A DNA stretch of 64,000 bases from Salinispira sp. (GTDB lineage: Bacteria > Spirochaetota > Spirochaetia > DSM-27196 > Salinispiraceae), in NCBI GenBank assembly GCA_965602015.1, contig OZ271918.1:2624001-2688000 (forward strand). The letters run 5' to 3'. The notes under the pieces are model-generated. The model saw nothing but the letters and a program-made list of their open reading frames with translations. It was not told the origin of the DNA and ran no database searches. Positions 17,344 to 27,913 of this stretch are shown in pieces (the first letter of the stretch is position 1; every line of letters begins with the position of its first letter). The translations under genes were made by a program, and so were the position numbers.

Positions 17344-20218
17344 ATGCCGGAATTGTGCCCAGGGCCTTGAGTATCTTCTCCGGGCTGAAAGGCCAGCTCC
17401 GCATCCAGACGCCGACGGCGTCGTATATCGCATTGGCTATTGCCGGGGCGGCCCCGTTCACCGAAATCTCCGCGATGGACTTGGCGCCGAAGGGGCCGTA
17501 AGGATCGTCAGTCTGTACCAGAATGGCCCGGAAATCCTTCGGGATATCGCCGATCATAGGCACTCCGTAACTTCTCAGATCGGTAGTCAGGCAGCGCCCG
17601 TTTTTATCGAACTTCATTTCTTCGTACAGGGCGTGCCCCATCGATTTGACCACCCCGCCGTACATCTGACCGAGGGCGTATTCGGGATTCACGGGCATCC
17701 CGGCATCCTGCAGAGCGTAGTACTTTTGAACCTCAACCCGCCCGGTCCGGGTATTCACCGCTACCTGCACAAAGTGAGCGCCGTAGGGAAACGAGAAGTC
17801 TCCGGTGGTAAAGCTGGCGGTGGCCACCAACTGGCCCCGGCCTTCTCCGCTCTGGCTGTCCCGGGCGATATCGTGAAAACTGAGCTCGCCTCCGGGTCCC
17901 CGGACCCGTGAGCCGCCGAGATATTCGATCTCTTCCGGCGTATCTCCCAGAATGGCCGCCGCCTCGGCGATGATCATTTCCTTCATTTTAATGGCGGCGT
18001 TACGGGCGGCGCCGCCGGAAAAGTAGGTTCCCGAAGAGGCGTAGGCTCCCGTATCGAACGGCGCGGCGTCGGTATCTCCCGACTGGACGGTGACCAGATT
18101 CAGGTCGACCTTAAGCACCTCGGCGGTCATTTTGGCCGATACCAGGTCCAGACCCGTACCGATATCCGCTCCGCCGGACTGAACAACGAAGGTTCCGTCC
18201 CCCAGCATTTTCACGGTGGCATGGGCCGAGTCGAGACCGGGCAAGCCGGATCCCTGCTGGATGGTGGCAAAGCCCTTGCCGATTTTAATGTCTGGATCGT
18301 CGCTATTTTCCGGTTTGCCCCAGCTGATAAGCTCGGAGCCCTGCTCGAGGGCGGGGCCGAGCCCGCAGCTGGCTGCCGGAGCCGGTTTTCCTTCCCGGCC
18401 CTCCCCCAGGCAGCGGAGAATCTCAAGCATTGCGCCTTCGCGGACCCGGTTTTTTTCCACCAGGTCCATGTGATCCATGCCCAGTTCAACCGCCAACTCC
18501 CTAATGGCAACCTGAAGGGCGTAGTTTGCCTTTGGAGCGCCGTATCCCTGGTAGGCACCGGTCGGCGGTCGGTTGCTGTAGTATGCCGTGACATCGAACC
18601 CCGCATTCTCGCAGAGGAAGAGCGGCAGGCTCTTGGACACTCCATTCATGGGAACAGTCAGGGCGTGGGCCCCATAGGCCCCCTGATTTGATTCGACGTT
18701 CATGTACATTGCGGTGAATGTGCCGTCTTTCTTCGCCCCAAGCTTCACGCGGATGCGCATGGGTTTGCGCGTGGAGCAGCCGATAAACTCCTCCTGGCGG
18801 GAATAACTCTGGTACACCTCCCGTCCGGTCTTGTAGGCGGCGAAGCCCACAAGGTCATCCAGAAGGATGTCCTGCTTGGAGCCGTAGCCCCCTCCGACCC
18901 GTTCCTTAACGACCCGCACCCGGTTTTCCGGCAAATCCAGAAGGGTGGCTACAATGCGCCGGAGATGATAGGGGACCTGGGTAGATGCGTGGATGATCAA
19001 CCGGTCGCCCTCCATCCGCGCCAGGCTGGTGTGGGTCTCAAGCGGGGTGCACTGAATCTGGGTGGTCTCGTAGCTTCTTTCAATAATTACATCGGCCTGA
19101 GCGAAGCCCTTCTCCAGATCGCCGATGCCGCCGGATACGCTGGCGGCGATGTTCCTGGAGGGCCGCCCGCCGATGGGAAACTGGTACAGCACCTCTTCCT
19201 CCGCGGCATCGGCTCCCCGGTTTTGCTTATCCAGGTCGCCGGGGGCCCCGTCGATATATCGCGCCGTGCCTCCGTGGATAAGCGCCGCGCCGGGCGACTG
19301 CACATCATCCAGTTCCAGCATCACCGGCAGCTCCCGGTAGGTCACGTCGATGAGGGTCAGGGCCCGGGCTGCGATCTCCTCGGTTTCCGCCACCACTGCC
19401 GCCACCCGGTCACCGACGTGGCGCACCTTGCGGGAGAGCAGCATCCGGTCATACGGCGAGGGCTCGGGAAAACCCTGCCCCGCCTGGGAGTAGGTTTTCT
19501 GGGGAACATGCTCGTGGGTAAACACCGCCACAACTCCATCGAGGGCCAGGGCTTTGGAGGCGTCGATGTGTTCGATCCAGGCGTGGGCCAGGGGGCTGCG
19601 GAGAACTTTTAAAATGCAGGTGTTGGGGCTCCGGCGGTCCTCCACAAATACCGGTTCGCCGGCCACCATGCGGACCGCATCGGGCTTGATTCCCGGCTTT
19701 CCCACATGGCTCAGTTCAGGACCGAAACTGGGGATTTCCGGCGGCAGGTATGACGGATCCCGCAGTCGGCCGGCGGCAAGTTCGACGGCGTCGAAGAACT
19801 GCCGGTACCCGTTCGAGCGGTTGAACATGCCGGAAAGGGCGTCGGCAATGGCCTCACGGTCGGGCGCCGGGTTTCGCTGCAACAGCTCATAGATGAGCAG
19901 GGCGGCTGCCGGTGAGTTGTATCCCGACTGGACGCAGCCCGCATCGAGCATGGACTGCTGTATGACATGAAGGCTCCGGCCGGTTTTAAGGAATTCCACG
20001 GTTTTAACGTCCCTGCCTTCGAGCTGGGGGGCCAGCAGGATATTCGCCCCTACGGGGCGGCCGTCCAGGAGCACGGTATCCGAGCCGGCGAAGCCGAAGC
20101 TGTCGTCGCTGTTGCGCACGGACCAGATTCCCAGGCGCTGCAGGTATGCCTGGGCGCTTTCACCGGGGCCCGCCGGTGCGCTGATTGATTTTCCGTTAAG
20201 GGTGAAACTCACGTTCAT
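17342..20218 (-). CDS. xdhD: Molybdopterin oxidoreductase, fused Fe-S-like plus Mo-binding subunit (XdhD)
   Basis: VRNSDDSFGFAGSD, VQSGYNSPA, VGGGYGSKQ, AYQGYG, GAYASSGT, GAKSIAE. Confidence 0.92.
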   Translation of the reverse strand: MNVSFTLNGKSISAPAGPGESAQAYLQRLGIWSVRNSDDSFGFAGSDTVLLDGRPVGANILLAPQLEGRDVKTVEFLKTGRSLHVIQQSMLDAGCVQSGYNSPAAALLIYELLQRNPAPDREAIADALSGMFNRSNGYRQFFDAVELAAGRLRDPSYLPPEIPSFGPELSHVGKPGIKPDAVRMVAGEPVFVEDRRSPNTCILKVLRSPLAHAWIEHIDASKALALDGVVAVFTHEHVPQKTYSQAGQGFPEPSPYDRMLLSRKVRHVGDRVAAVVAETEEIAARALTLIDVTYRELPVMLELDDVQSPGAALIHGGTARYIDGAPGDLDKQNRGADAAEEEVLYQFPIGGRPSRNIAASVSGGIGDLEKGFAQADVIIERSYETTQIQCTPLETHTSLARMEGDRLIIHASTQVPYHLRRIVATLLDLPENRVRVVKERVGGGYGSKQDILLDDLVGFAAYKTGREVYQSYSRQEEFIGCSTRKPMRIRVKLGAKKDGTFTAMYMNVESNQGAYGAHALTVPMNGVSKSLPLFLCENAGFDVTAYYSNRPPTGAYQGYGAPKANYALQVAIRELAVELGMDHMDLVEKNRVREGAMLEILRCLGEGREGKPAPAASCGLGPALEQGSELISWGKPENSDDPDIKIGKGFATIQQGSGLPGLDSAHATVKMLGDGTFVVQSGGADIGTGLDLVSAKMTAEVLKVDLNLVTVQSGDTDAAPFDTGAYASSGTYFSGGAARNAAIKMKEMIIAEAAAILGDTPEEIEYLGGSRVRGPGGELSFHDIARDSQSGEGRGQLVATASFTTGDFSFPYGAHFVQVAVNTRTGRVEVQKYYALQDAGMPVNPEYALGQMYGGVVKSMGHALYEEMKFDKNGRCLTTDLRSYGVPMIGDIPKDFRAILVQTDDPYGPFGAKSIAEISVNGAAPAIANAIYDAVGVWMRSWPFSPEKILKALGTIPA

Positions 20219-21081
20219 GCCCTGCCTCCCCTGCCGCCCGGCGCAGAATGGTCTGCGGCGTTGAGTACTTCGAACACCGCATCGGCGATACGGGTGGCAT
20301 TTATATAGCGCTTGTATTCCGCCGATCCGAGAATGTCTGCCCTGGGCGAAATCGAATCGGCAATCGCCGACTCTATAACGTCCCGTTTAGGTCTGGCGCC
20401 GGAGCCGGCGTTTTTATTAAGCAGGTCCTCCACCGCCGGGAGCCGAATGCTGCGTTGGGCCACGCAGCCGGCGGCCACGATGAAGCGGCGAATGCCGTCT
20501 GTCTCTCGTATGCCCACCGCCGCGGAAACCACCGGGAGGGCAAGTTGGGACCGGGACTCCTTCACTGCGACGCAGGGAGCCGAAGGGTTGGGAACCAAAA
20601 TTTCACGAATAAGAAAACCAGCGGGGTCTTCGAGGTACTCCTCAAGCGACCTGTCCGCCGGCGATCCGTCGGGAGCAATGCCATGTAGTCGGGCGGCCAG
20701 CGCCAAGAGTGCGGGAATTATGTAGGAGTCGCTGCGCCGGGCCGCAACATTTCCGCCGATGGTAGCCTGATTTCTCACATTTCGCGTGGGAATGAAGCCT
20801 GCGGCAATCCGCAGCGCCGGCGGAATATCCTCATGGTCCGCCAGATCCTGAAGGCTGGCCATGGCGCCGATCCGGAGGGCGCCGGATGTATCGCCGGTAA
20901 TGTGCGCCAGATCGAGGTTTTGCAGACTGACCAGCCGCTGTTCCTCATCGAACCAGCGGGGATCAGCGGCGATGCGGGCTCCGTTGTTGATCTGGGTTCC
21001 TCCGGCCAGGATTATGTAACCCTTGTTCATCAGTTCCCGCGCCTGGGCGAGATCCTCGGCAATCACGAATTCGGCAATCAT
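20215..21081 (-). CDS. ygfM: FAD-binding subunit of molybdopterin oxidoreductase (YgfM-like)
   Basis: LAGGTQIN, RNQATIGGN, DILGSAEYKRY; overlaps the xdhD start. Confidence 0.8.
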   Translation of the reverse strand: MIAEFVIAEDLAQARELMNKGYIILAGGTQINNGARIAADPRWFDEEQRLVSLQNLDLAHITGDTSGALRIGAMASLQDLADHEDIPPALRIAAGFIPTRNVRNQATIGGNVAARRSDSYIIPALLALAARLHGIAPDGSPADRSLEEYLEDPAGFLIREILVPNPSAPCVAVKESRSQLALPVVSAAVGIRETDGIRRFIVAAGCVAQRSIRLPAVEDLLNKNAGSGARPKRDVIESAIADSISPRADILGSAEYKRYINATRIADAVFEVLNAADHSAPGGRGGRA

Positions 21082-22640
21082 AAGACACCTGCCTTTTTAT
21101 ACATACGCTGGGCAGCCTCGCCGGCCCGGCGGCGGATTTCTTCCTCGTCCACGGCCTGCCTTTGTCCCGACGCTCCGGGGCCGCAGAGTCGGCCGTCCTT
21201 CACCACGCACACTCCGTTCACCACGCTGTGTTTTACCTCGTGGTTGTATCCTGAAAAGATGATGGCGGCCAGAGGATCAGAGAGGGCGCCGGCGTACTCC
21301 ATTTTATCAATTGAAAACATGGCGATATCCGCCGCCCATCCGGCTTCAATCCTTCCAACTCTATTATATCCCAGCAGTGAGGCTCCCTTCATGGTTCCCA
21401 TATCCAGAACCTCCTCCAGGGTCAGGGCCGACGCGCCCTTGGTAACCCGCTGCAGCATGAGGGCATTTCTCAGCTCGCCGAGCATGTCCGACGAATCATT
21501 GGATGCCGAGCCGTCGACTCCCAGGGCCACGGGTATTTCCATGCGTCGCATTTCCCGCACCCGGCAGATTCCCGAGCCGAGGCGCATGTTCGACGTGGGA
21601 CAGTGGGTAATCTTGGTACCGGTTTCCCGAAGCTCCTCGAGCTCCCGGTCGGAAAAATGAATTCCATGGGCGAACCACACGTCGGGCCCGAGAAAATCGT
21701 CCCGGGCCATCATTTCGAGGGGCCGCACCCCGTATTCCCGAAGACAGTAGTTGTTTTCGTCTTCGGTCTCGGCGAGATGGGTGTGCAGCAGCACCCCGTG
21801 GTTGCGGGCCAGGGCTGCCGAGGCTGACATGAGCTCTTCGGAAACGGAAAAAGGACTGCAGGGAGCCAGAACCACCTTCCTCATGGAGATAGGGGAGTCG
21901 TCGTGAAATTCGTTGATGACCCGCTCGCTGTCGTCCATGATTTCCTGCTCGGTCTGTACCACCGAGTCCGGGGGCAATCCGCCGTCCTTCTTCGAACGGC
22001 TCATGGACCCCCGGGTCGGCGAAAAACGAATGCCGGTGGCCCCGGCGGCCTGGAACTGAAGAGCCATAATGTCATCGTCAACCGAGCGGGGGTAGAGGTA
22101 GTGATGGTCGGTGGTGAGGGTGCAGCCGGTTTTTAACAGTTCAGCGGTCGCCAAGGCGGTCGACCAGTAAATGGCGTCCCGGTCCAGGTGCTTCCACACG
22201 TCGTACAGGTAGACAAGCCAGGTGAAAAGCTTTGCGTTCTGGACCGCCGGCAGGTTTCGGGTAAGGGTCTGATAAAAATGATGGTGGGTATTCACCAGCC
22301 CGGGGATAACCACGCAGTCCCCCGCATCGATCTCCACCGAGCCCGCCGGGGCCGACAGATTCCTGCCCACCGCGCGTATCACCGGCCCCTCGATGAGGAT
22401 ATCCGCTCCCCGCATGACCCCGGGCCGCAGTCCGGCTTCTTTGCCGGCAGCGGGACCGGAGGCGGCGGCGGAACTGGTGCCGGTGGCGGAACCGGAGGCC
22501 GCACCAATGCCTGAGCCCGGCTTATTATCTCCGCCGGCGCCTGTCCCGTCGATAGCAGTCCCGTCGGCCGGGCTCCCCTGCCAGAGATAGTAGCAGTTGC
22601 GGATTATTATGCTGCTCTGAGCTGTCATGGTACCTCCCAT
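21078..22640 (-). CDS. 8-oxoguanine deaminase-like amidohydrolase
   Basis: NTHHHFYQTLTR, DHHY, PCSPF, HTHLAET, HCPTSNMRLGSG, LGVDGSASND. Confidence 0.85.
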   Translation of the reverse strand: MGGTMTAQSSIIIRNCYYLWQGSPADGTAIDGTGAGGDNKPGSGIGAASGSATGTSSAAASGPAAGKEAGLRPGVMRGADILIEGPVIRAVGRNLSAPAGSVEIDAGDCVVIPGLVNTHHHFYQTLTRNLPAVQNAKLFTWLVYLYDVWKHLDRDAIYWSTALATAELLKTGCTLTTDHHYLYPRSVDDDIMALQFQAAGATGIRFSPTRGSMSRSKKDGGLPPDSVVQTEQEIMDDSERVINEFHDDSPISMRKVVLAPCSPFSVSEELMSASAALARNHGVLLHTHLAETEDENNYCLREYGVRPLEMMARDDFLGPDVWFAHGIHFSDRELEELRETGTKITHCPTSNMRLGSGICRVREMRRMEIPVALGVDGSASNDSSDMLGELRNALMLQRVTKGASALTLEEVLDMGTMKGASLLGYNRVGRIEAGWAADIAMFSIDKMEYAGALSDPLAAIIFSGYNHEVKHSVVNGVCVVKDGRLCGPGASGQRQAVDEEEIRRRAGEAAQRMYKKAGVL

Positions 22641-22657
22641 GGCCTTGTCATCAGCCC

Positions 22658-24133
22658 TTACGAATAGCTCGCGATGCGATTATTGAAGTCGATAATGAGC
22701 CGGTCAATGCGGGAAGCGCTGTCGTAGATATCCTGCCAATAGCTGCGTTCATACCACTGGCGGTTGAGGTCGGCCATATCCTTTCCCTGCTGCTCGACCC
22801 AGGTGTAGTACTTCAGGTTATGCACCCGCTTCCTCTCCGGATAGGTCAACTCCTGCATCCAGTCCACTCCCACGTCCTGCAGCAGCTGGTAGTCCGCAAG
22901 GGCGTCATCGCGCCGGTAGGAACCCCGTTCCCCGCGAAGTTCCGCGAGGCGGGAGGTATACATCTGCTCCGAGTCGGTAAAAACCGTCATAAGCACATCG
23001 TTCTCATCCATTTCATAATACTTGGCCATTTTGATTACCGTCAGAAGATTGCAAATTCCGCTGATACCCAGGAGCCACAACTGCTCCAGAACTTCGGATT
23101 TTACGCCCCGTTCGCCGAGGTACTTCTGCCCCTCATCCTCGTTAAAAAGCCTCAGCAGCCTCATGCTGGCCTCATCATCCACCGCCACAACCATGTCGGT
23201 ATTTCGAACATTGTGTATCCAGGGCACATGCTTGTCGCCGATTCCCTCGATCCGGTGACCGCCGAACCCGTTGTTCAACAGGGTGGGGCATTGTTGGGCC
23301 TCGCTGACCGCCAGAACCGAGCCGGGAAAGCGGCTTTTCATGTACTCCCCAGATGCGGTGGTCCCCGCCGATCCCGAGCTGATGCCCGCGCCGGCGAAGC
23401 GCTGCCCCGGCTCCGCCAGTCTCAGAAACAGCTTCTCCATTGCCGGTCCGGTGACTTCGTGATGCCACAGGTGATTTCCCAGCTGTTCAAACTGATTAAA
23501 AATAAAGATGGACTCGCCGCGCTGGGCATCGAGTTCATGGCATTTGTCGAAAATTTCCTTCACATTGCTTTCGCAGCCCGGGGTCGCGATGGTCTCGTCA
23601 GCCATGGTTTTAAGCCAGGTGAAGCGCTCGGCCGACATTTCCTCCGGAAGGATGGCGATTGATTTGCAGCCCAAGAGCCGGGAAATATAGGCTCCCCCTC
23701 GGCAGTAATTGCCGGTGGACGGCCAGACCGCCATATTGCGCTCCGGGTCGAACTGACCGGTTATCAGGGTGGGCGCCAGACAGCTGTATGCCGCACCGAC
23801 CTTGTGGGCTCCGGTGGGAAACCAACGTCCCACCAGCGCGATAATCCGTGCCTTGACCCCGCTTATTTCCGGCGGTATTTCTATGTAATTCGGTCCAGCG
23901 TATTCACCGGCTCGCAGGTTCTTGCCCGGGTCCGGGGCGTTTTCCCAGGTGATGCGGAACAGATTCCGGGAATGAACCTCGTCGCGGCCGATTCGGGAAA
24001 GCTGGGAAACGATGTCGCCGGGTATGCTGGAGGGGTCGCGCATCTGAGCGAAGGTGGGGAGTATGATGTTCCGCTCTGCGCATCGCCTGGCATTGCGCTC
24101 AATTTGCTTCTCGTGAAGGCTGAGGTCGATCAT
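22658..24133 (-). CDS. Fold-type II PLP-dependent enzyme (cysteine synthase-like, function unknown)
   Basis: PTGAHKVGA (PLP Lys), PSTGNYCRGG, GSAGT, HRIEGIG. Confidence 0.85.
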   Translation of the reverse strand: MIDLSLHEKQIERNARRCAERNIILPTFAQMRDPSSIPGDIVSQLSRIGRDEVHSRNLFRITWENAPDPGKNLRAGEYAGPNYIEIPPEISGVKARIIALVGRWFPTGAHKVGAAYSCLAPTLITGQFDPERNMAVWPSTGNYCRGGAYISRLLGCKSIAILPEEMSAERFTWLKTMADETIATPGCESNVKEIFDKCHELDAQRGESIFIFNQFEQLGNHLWHHEVTGPAMEKLFLRLAEPGQRFAGAGISSGSAGTTASGEYMKSRFPGSVLAVSEAQQCPTLLNNGFGGHRIEGIGDKHVPWIHNVRNTDMVVAVDDEASMRLLRLFNEDEGQKYLGERGVKSEVLEQLWLLGISGICNLLTVIKMAKYYEMDENDVLMTVFTDSEQMYTSRLAELRGERGSYRRDDALADYQLLQDVGVDWMQELTYPERKRVHNLKYYTWVEQQGKDMADLNRQWYERSYWQDIYDSASRIDRLIIDFNNRIASYS

Positions 24134-25098
24134 TCTTTGACTCCTAACATTCTCAGGAATTCCTCGAGGCCGTTCAGAGCGACGGCTTTCCGATATGCCG
24201 CGGTGGACCGCTGATCATCAATTGGTCTGATATGGGCTTCGGCAATCCGGCGGGCCGCTCGAATCCCCGCGCCGGCAGCCACCGCTTCCTCGAGCTCAGC
24301 GATGCGTATAACCCGGGGCGCCACCGCGCCGAAGGCGAAGCGGAAATTATCTATCCGGCCGTCGGGTTTCGCACCCCCCGCACGGTTCTGCTCCGCGTCG
24401 GAAAATCCCTCTCGCTGGTCCTTCGAGGGTACTGCCAATCCCGCCAACGCCACCCTGCTCAATGCGTTAGCCCGGCGTGTGCCGGCCTTCCGGTAATAGC
24501 TGTATGGGGCAGGGCCGGCGGGTTCACGGTTCTTTATGGAAGCCTCTTTGGGTACTCCGCCTGTTACGGGCTGCGGCGGGAGGTGAAACAGGGGTATGCG
24601 GATATGTGAGATGATCTCGTCATCGGCCAGCACCGTTCTCCCCGGTCCGGTGGCGAAATCCGTCACAGAAACCGACCGGCTTCCTCCGGGCTTGAGCAGG
24701 GTGAGGGCCGCATCCAGGACTGCCAGGGGGGGAACACTGTCGGCAGCCGGGGAGGCGTTGGCGATATTGCCGCCCAGGGTCGCCCGGTTCCGTATTGCCC
24801 AGGCGGCGTGAAGCTCCAGGGCCTCCAGCAGGGGTGACGGACAATCGGGGTGGCCGATAATGTCGTTGAGGGGTAGCGCTGCTCCGATGACCAGCTCATC
24901 GGCTTCCCGGCGGATGCCGCAGAGTTCGCTAACCCTGTCCAGAAAGAGTATCTCCCCGGGTATACGGTGCCCGGTTCCGGTGTATCCCCGATGTCGCACC
25001 ATCAGATCGGTACCCCCGGCGAAGGGCCGGGCCCCCCGGCCGGCGCGGATTTCCAGGGCCTCGTCGAGGGACCGGGGCCGGTAATACACCTGACTCAT
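24130..25098 (-). CDS. Xanthine dehydrogenase family FAD-binding subunit (XdhB/CoxM-like)
   Basis: [37 protein letters not shown]; start MSQVYY at 25098. Confidence 0.9.
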   Translation of the reverse strand: MSQVYYRPRSLDEALEIRAGRGARPFAGGTDLMVRHRGYTGTGHRIPGEILFLDRVSELCGIRREADELVIGAALPLNDIIGHPDCPSPLLEALELHAAWAIRNRATLGGNIANASPAADSVPPLAVLDAALTLLKPGGSRSVSVTDFATGPGRTVLADDEIISHIRIPLFHLPPQPVTGGVPKEASIKNREPAGPAPYSYYRKAGTRRANALSRVALAGLAVPSKDQREGFSDAEQNRAGGAKPDGRIDNFRFAFGAVAPRVIRIAELEEAVAAGAGIRAARRIAEAHIRPIDDQRSTAAYRKAVALNGLEEFLRMLGVKE

Positions 25099-25604
25099 AG
25101 CCTGACCTCCGTTCCCTCTTCCCGGATAATTCGGGCCGCAAGCTGTATGCCGTCGACTATCATGTCGTATCCCGTACACCGGCAGATATTGCCGGCAATG
25201 GCGGTCCGAATTTCCTCTTCGCTTGGGTCGGAATTGAGGGTAAGCAGATCCGCGGCGGCCATCATCATCCCCGGAGTGCAAAAGCCGCACTGAGCCGCGT
25301 GGGTCTCGGCAAACGCCCTGCTCAGAATCTTGCCCGCGGGCAGTTCCCTGACACCTTCAATGGTAATAATGCTCGCGCCGTCAGCCAACACTGCGGGAAT
25401 CAGGCAGGAGTTCACCAGCCGGCCGTCGTAAAATACCGAACAGGCCCCACACTCGCCTTCACCGCAGCCCTCCTTGCTTCCCGGGAGCACGGCAATATCC
25501 CTCAATAGATCGAGGAGCCGCAGGCTGGGAGCACAGCTGATTTCCCGGTCCTCCCCGTTTATGCGAACATGCAGGTCTATTTTTTTCCTGACATTCCCGT
25601 TCAT
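25095..25604 (-). CDS. Xanthine dehydrogenase family 2Fe-2S subunit (XdhC/CoxS-like)
   Basis: [10 protein letters not shown]...[19 protein letters not shown]. Confidence 0.95.
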   Translation of the reverse strand: MNGNVRKKIDLHVRINGEDREISCAPSLRLLDLLRDIAVLPGSKEGCGEGECGACSVFYDGRLVNSCLIPAVLADGASIITIEGVRELPAGKILSRAFAETHAAQCGFCTPGMMMAAADLLTLNSDPSEEEIRTAIAGNICRCTGYDMIVDGIQLAARIIREEGTEVRL

Positions 25605-27913
25605 GAAGCTCCTCCGTTTCCCCCGATGCTTCCCCCGATTTTTCCGCCGGGATGTACCCCGGGATGTACCCCGGGATGTACCCCGGTATTAGCGTCAGAA
25701 GGTCCGCCGGCGGCCAGCTCCATTATCTTCTCGGGACTGAGTGGGATGGCGTGGCAGCTGCGGCCGATGGCCTGCTCGACTGCGGCGGCAAAGGCCGCAT
25801 GACCGCCGTCATGGACTATTTCGCCCATCCCCTTGGCGCCGAAGGGTCCGAACTGATAGGGATTGTCGATGGTTTCGCTGACCGTTCGGGGAAAATCCAG
25901 GCTGGTGGGCACAATGTAGTCCGCCATGCTTACCTGTCGAAAAACCCCCGTTTCATCGGTGTCGAGTTTTTCCAGGTAGGCGTATCCCAGGGCCTGGCTC
26001 ATGCCCCCCTGGATCTGCCCGTGTACCACCCGCTCGTCTATGGGTACTCCCACATCGTACAAGGCCCAGATGCCCGTGGTTTCCACCTCGTAGCTCACCG
26101 GGTCCACCTCTACTTCGACCACATTCACCCCCCAGCCGAAGGCCCCGTAGGCATCTCCGGACAGCAGATTCTGATCCCATTTAAGTCCCGGCGGCATTGA
26201 ATACCGGGCCTCGGTTTCCTGGACCTCGCCGTCCTTCCAGCTGTCCCTCAGTTTCTCCGCCGCCTGCTGGACCAAAAAGCCTACCACCATGATAGTTCTG
26301 CTGGCCACCGTGGGACCGGAATCGGGAACCAGGTCGGTATCCGGATTATCGAAGCGGATGTTTTCCGGTTCGATTCCCAGGATGATGCCGGCGATTTTCC
26401 GGAATGTGGTCTTCGGTCCCTGGCCCATATCAATTGATGCCACCAGGATGGATACCTCTCCCTTGGCGCTCTTGCGGATTTTCACCCGGCCCTTGATGAT
26501 GGCCTGTTCGCCGTCGCCGGTGAATCCGCAGCCGTGGACGAACATGGACATTCCGATGCCCTTCATTTTGCCCCCGCTGCCCGCCGGGGCGTCGGCGACG
26601 GAATCCCGGAGCATACGCCGGGAGTTTTGATACTGCGCCCGTTTGACGTCGTAATCCGAAAGCTGGCGGATGCGGTCAATAAGCTGGTCGAGGATTATTT
26701 CATCGCGCATCATGCCTCCGGTGACCGTGGGGTCTCCCTGTCTGAGAAACAGCGGACGGCGAAGGGCCAGGGGCTCGACGCCGAGCCGGGAGGCGATGTA
26801 ATCCATGTGGCGCTCAAGGGCGAAAATCGCCTGGGGCGCCCCGAAACCCCGGAAGGCTCCCGACGGAACCGTGCTGGTAGCCACGCCCCTGCCGTGGATG
26901 CGCACCGCGGGGAAATTATACACCCCGGTGCAGGTGAACATGGCCCTTTGAAGTACGATGAGGGTATAGCTCTCGTAGGCCCCTCCGTCCAGCAGGATTT
27001 CATAATCCATGGCGAGGATGCGGCCCTGGCCGTCGACGGCGCTGCGGATTTTGATTCGGGAAGGATGGCGCTTGCTGGTATACAGCAGATCTTCGCTGCG
27101 GTCGAAGACGCAGTGCAGCGCCCTCCCCTGCGCAAGGGCAGCCACCGCCAGGGGAGCTCCCATAATTTCCGGATAATCTTCCTTCCCCCCGAAGCCCCCG
27201 CCGGTTGTCGCCTGAACTGCCTGCACCTCGTACGCTTCACCCAGAACGTGCTGTACAGCATGCTTCACATAAAAAGGGCACTGCATGGACCCGTGCACCT
27301 TCACCTTGGAACAGTTGTCCAGCGGGGTGACCACCAGTCCCTGGGGTTCCATGTACATCTGCTCTTGAAATCCCGTCTCGTAGCTTCCCTCGATAATGCG
27401 GTCAGCTTTTGCAAAGGCGGCTTCGACGTCGCCCTTTTTCACCGTCAGGTCTGCGTAGATATTGTCTTCCCCGTGGATAGGACCGCCCACGCAATCCAGT
27501 CCCGCGTCCAGACCGATGGCCGTCGGTAATTCGTCGCAGACCAGTTCAAAACGGGTTAACAGTTCGTCGAGAATCACCGGATCCGGACCCGCCAGCACAC
27601 CGATTATCTGGCCGCGATAACGGACTTCGTCCTCGGCGAATGCCGGCCAGTCGCTTTTGATCAAGGCGATGCGGTTGGTCCCGGTCACCGCCGATCGGTC
27701 GGTATACTCGTATCCCTCGGGCAGCTCGGGTATGCGGATTTCCCGTATCTTCCCCCGACTCACCGGGGACCGGAAAAATCGGGCATGCACCAGCCCTTCC
27801 CGGGAGAAATCGTCGATGTAGGGCTCCCGGCCTTCGGCCTTGTCAACCGCATCAATGCGGGGGATGCTCCTGGATATCTGCGCCCGCTGTTTCACGGGAT
27901 CAGGTTTTGTCAT
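25601..27913 (-). CDS. Xanthine dehydrogenase family molybdopterin-binding subunit (XdhA-like)
   Basis: GGGFGGK, AFRGFGAPQ, GPTVASR, GQIQGG, GAKGMGE. Confidence 0.93.
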   Translation of the reverse strand: MTKPDPVKQRAQISRSIPRIDAVDKAEGREPYIDDFSREGLVHARFFRSPVSRGKIREIRIPELPEGYEYTDRSAVTGTNRIALIKSDWPAFAEDEVRYRGQIIGVLAGPDPVILDELLTRFELVCDELPTAIGLDAGLDCVGGPIHGEDNIYADLTVKKGDVEAAFAKADRIIEGSYETGFQEQMYMEPQGLVVTPLDNCSKVKVHGSMQCPFYVKHAVQHVLGEAYEVQAVQATTGGGFGGKEDYPEIMGAPLAVAALAQGRALHCVFDRSEDLLYTSKRHPSRIKIRSAVDGQGRILAMDYEILLDGGAYESYTLIVLQRAMFTCTGVYNFPAVRIHGRGVATSTVPSGAFRGFGAPQAIFALERHMDYIASRLGVEPLALRRPLFLRQGDPTVTGGMMRDEIILDQLIDRIRQLSDYDVKRAQYQNSRRMLRDSVADAPAGSGGKMKGIGMSMFVHGCGFTGDGEQAIIKGRVKIRKSAKGEVSILVASIDMGQGPKTTFRKIAGIILGIEPENIRFDNPDTDLVPDSGPTVASRTIMVVGFLVQQAAEKLRDSWKDGEVQETEARYSMPPGLKWDQNLLSGDAYGAFGWGVNVVEVEVDPVSYEVETTGIWALYDVGVPIDERVVHGQIQGGMSQALGYAYLEKLDTDETGVFRQVSMADYIVPTSLDFPRTVSETIDNPYQFGPFGAKGMGEIVHDGGHAAFAAAVEQAIGRSCHAIPLSPEKIMELAAGGPSDANTGVHPGVHPGVHPGGKIGGSIGGNGGAS
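25647..25686. repeat. In-frame tandem repeat, ~3.3 x 12 bp (CCGGGATGTACC), encoding GVHP-GVHP-GVHP
   Basis: Directly visible at the 3' end of the Mo subunit gene. Confidence 0.9.
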
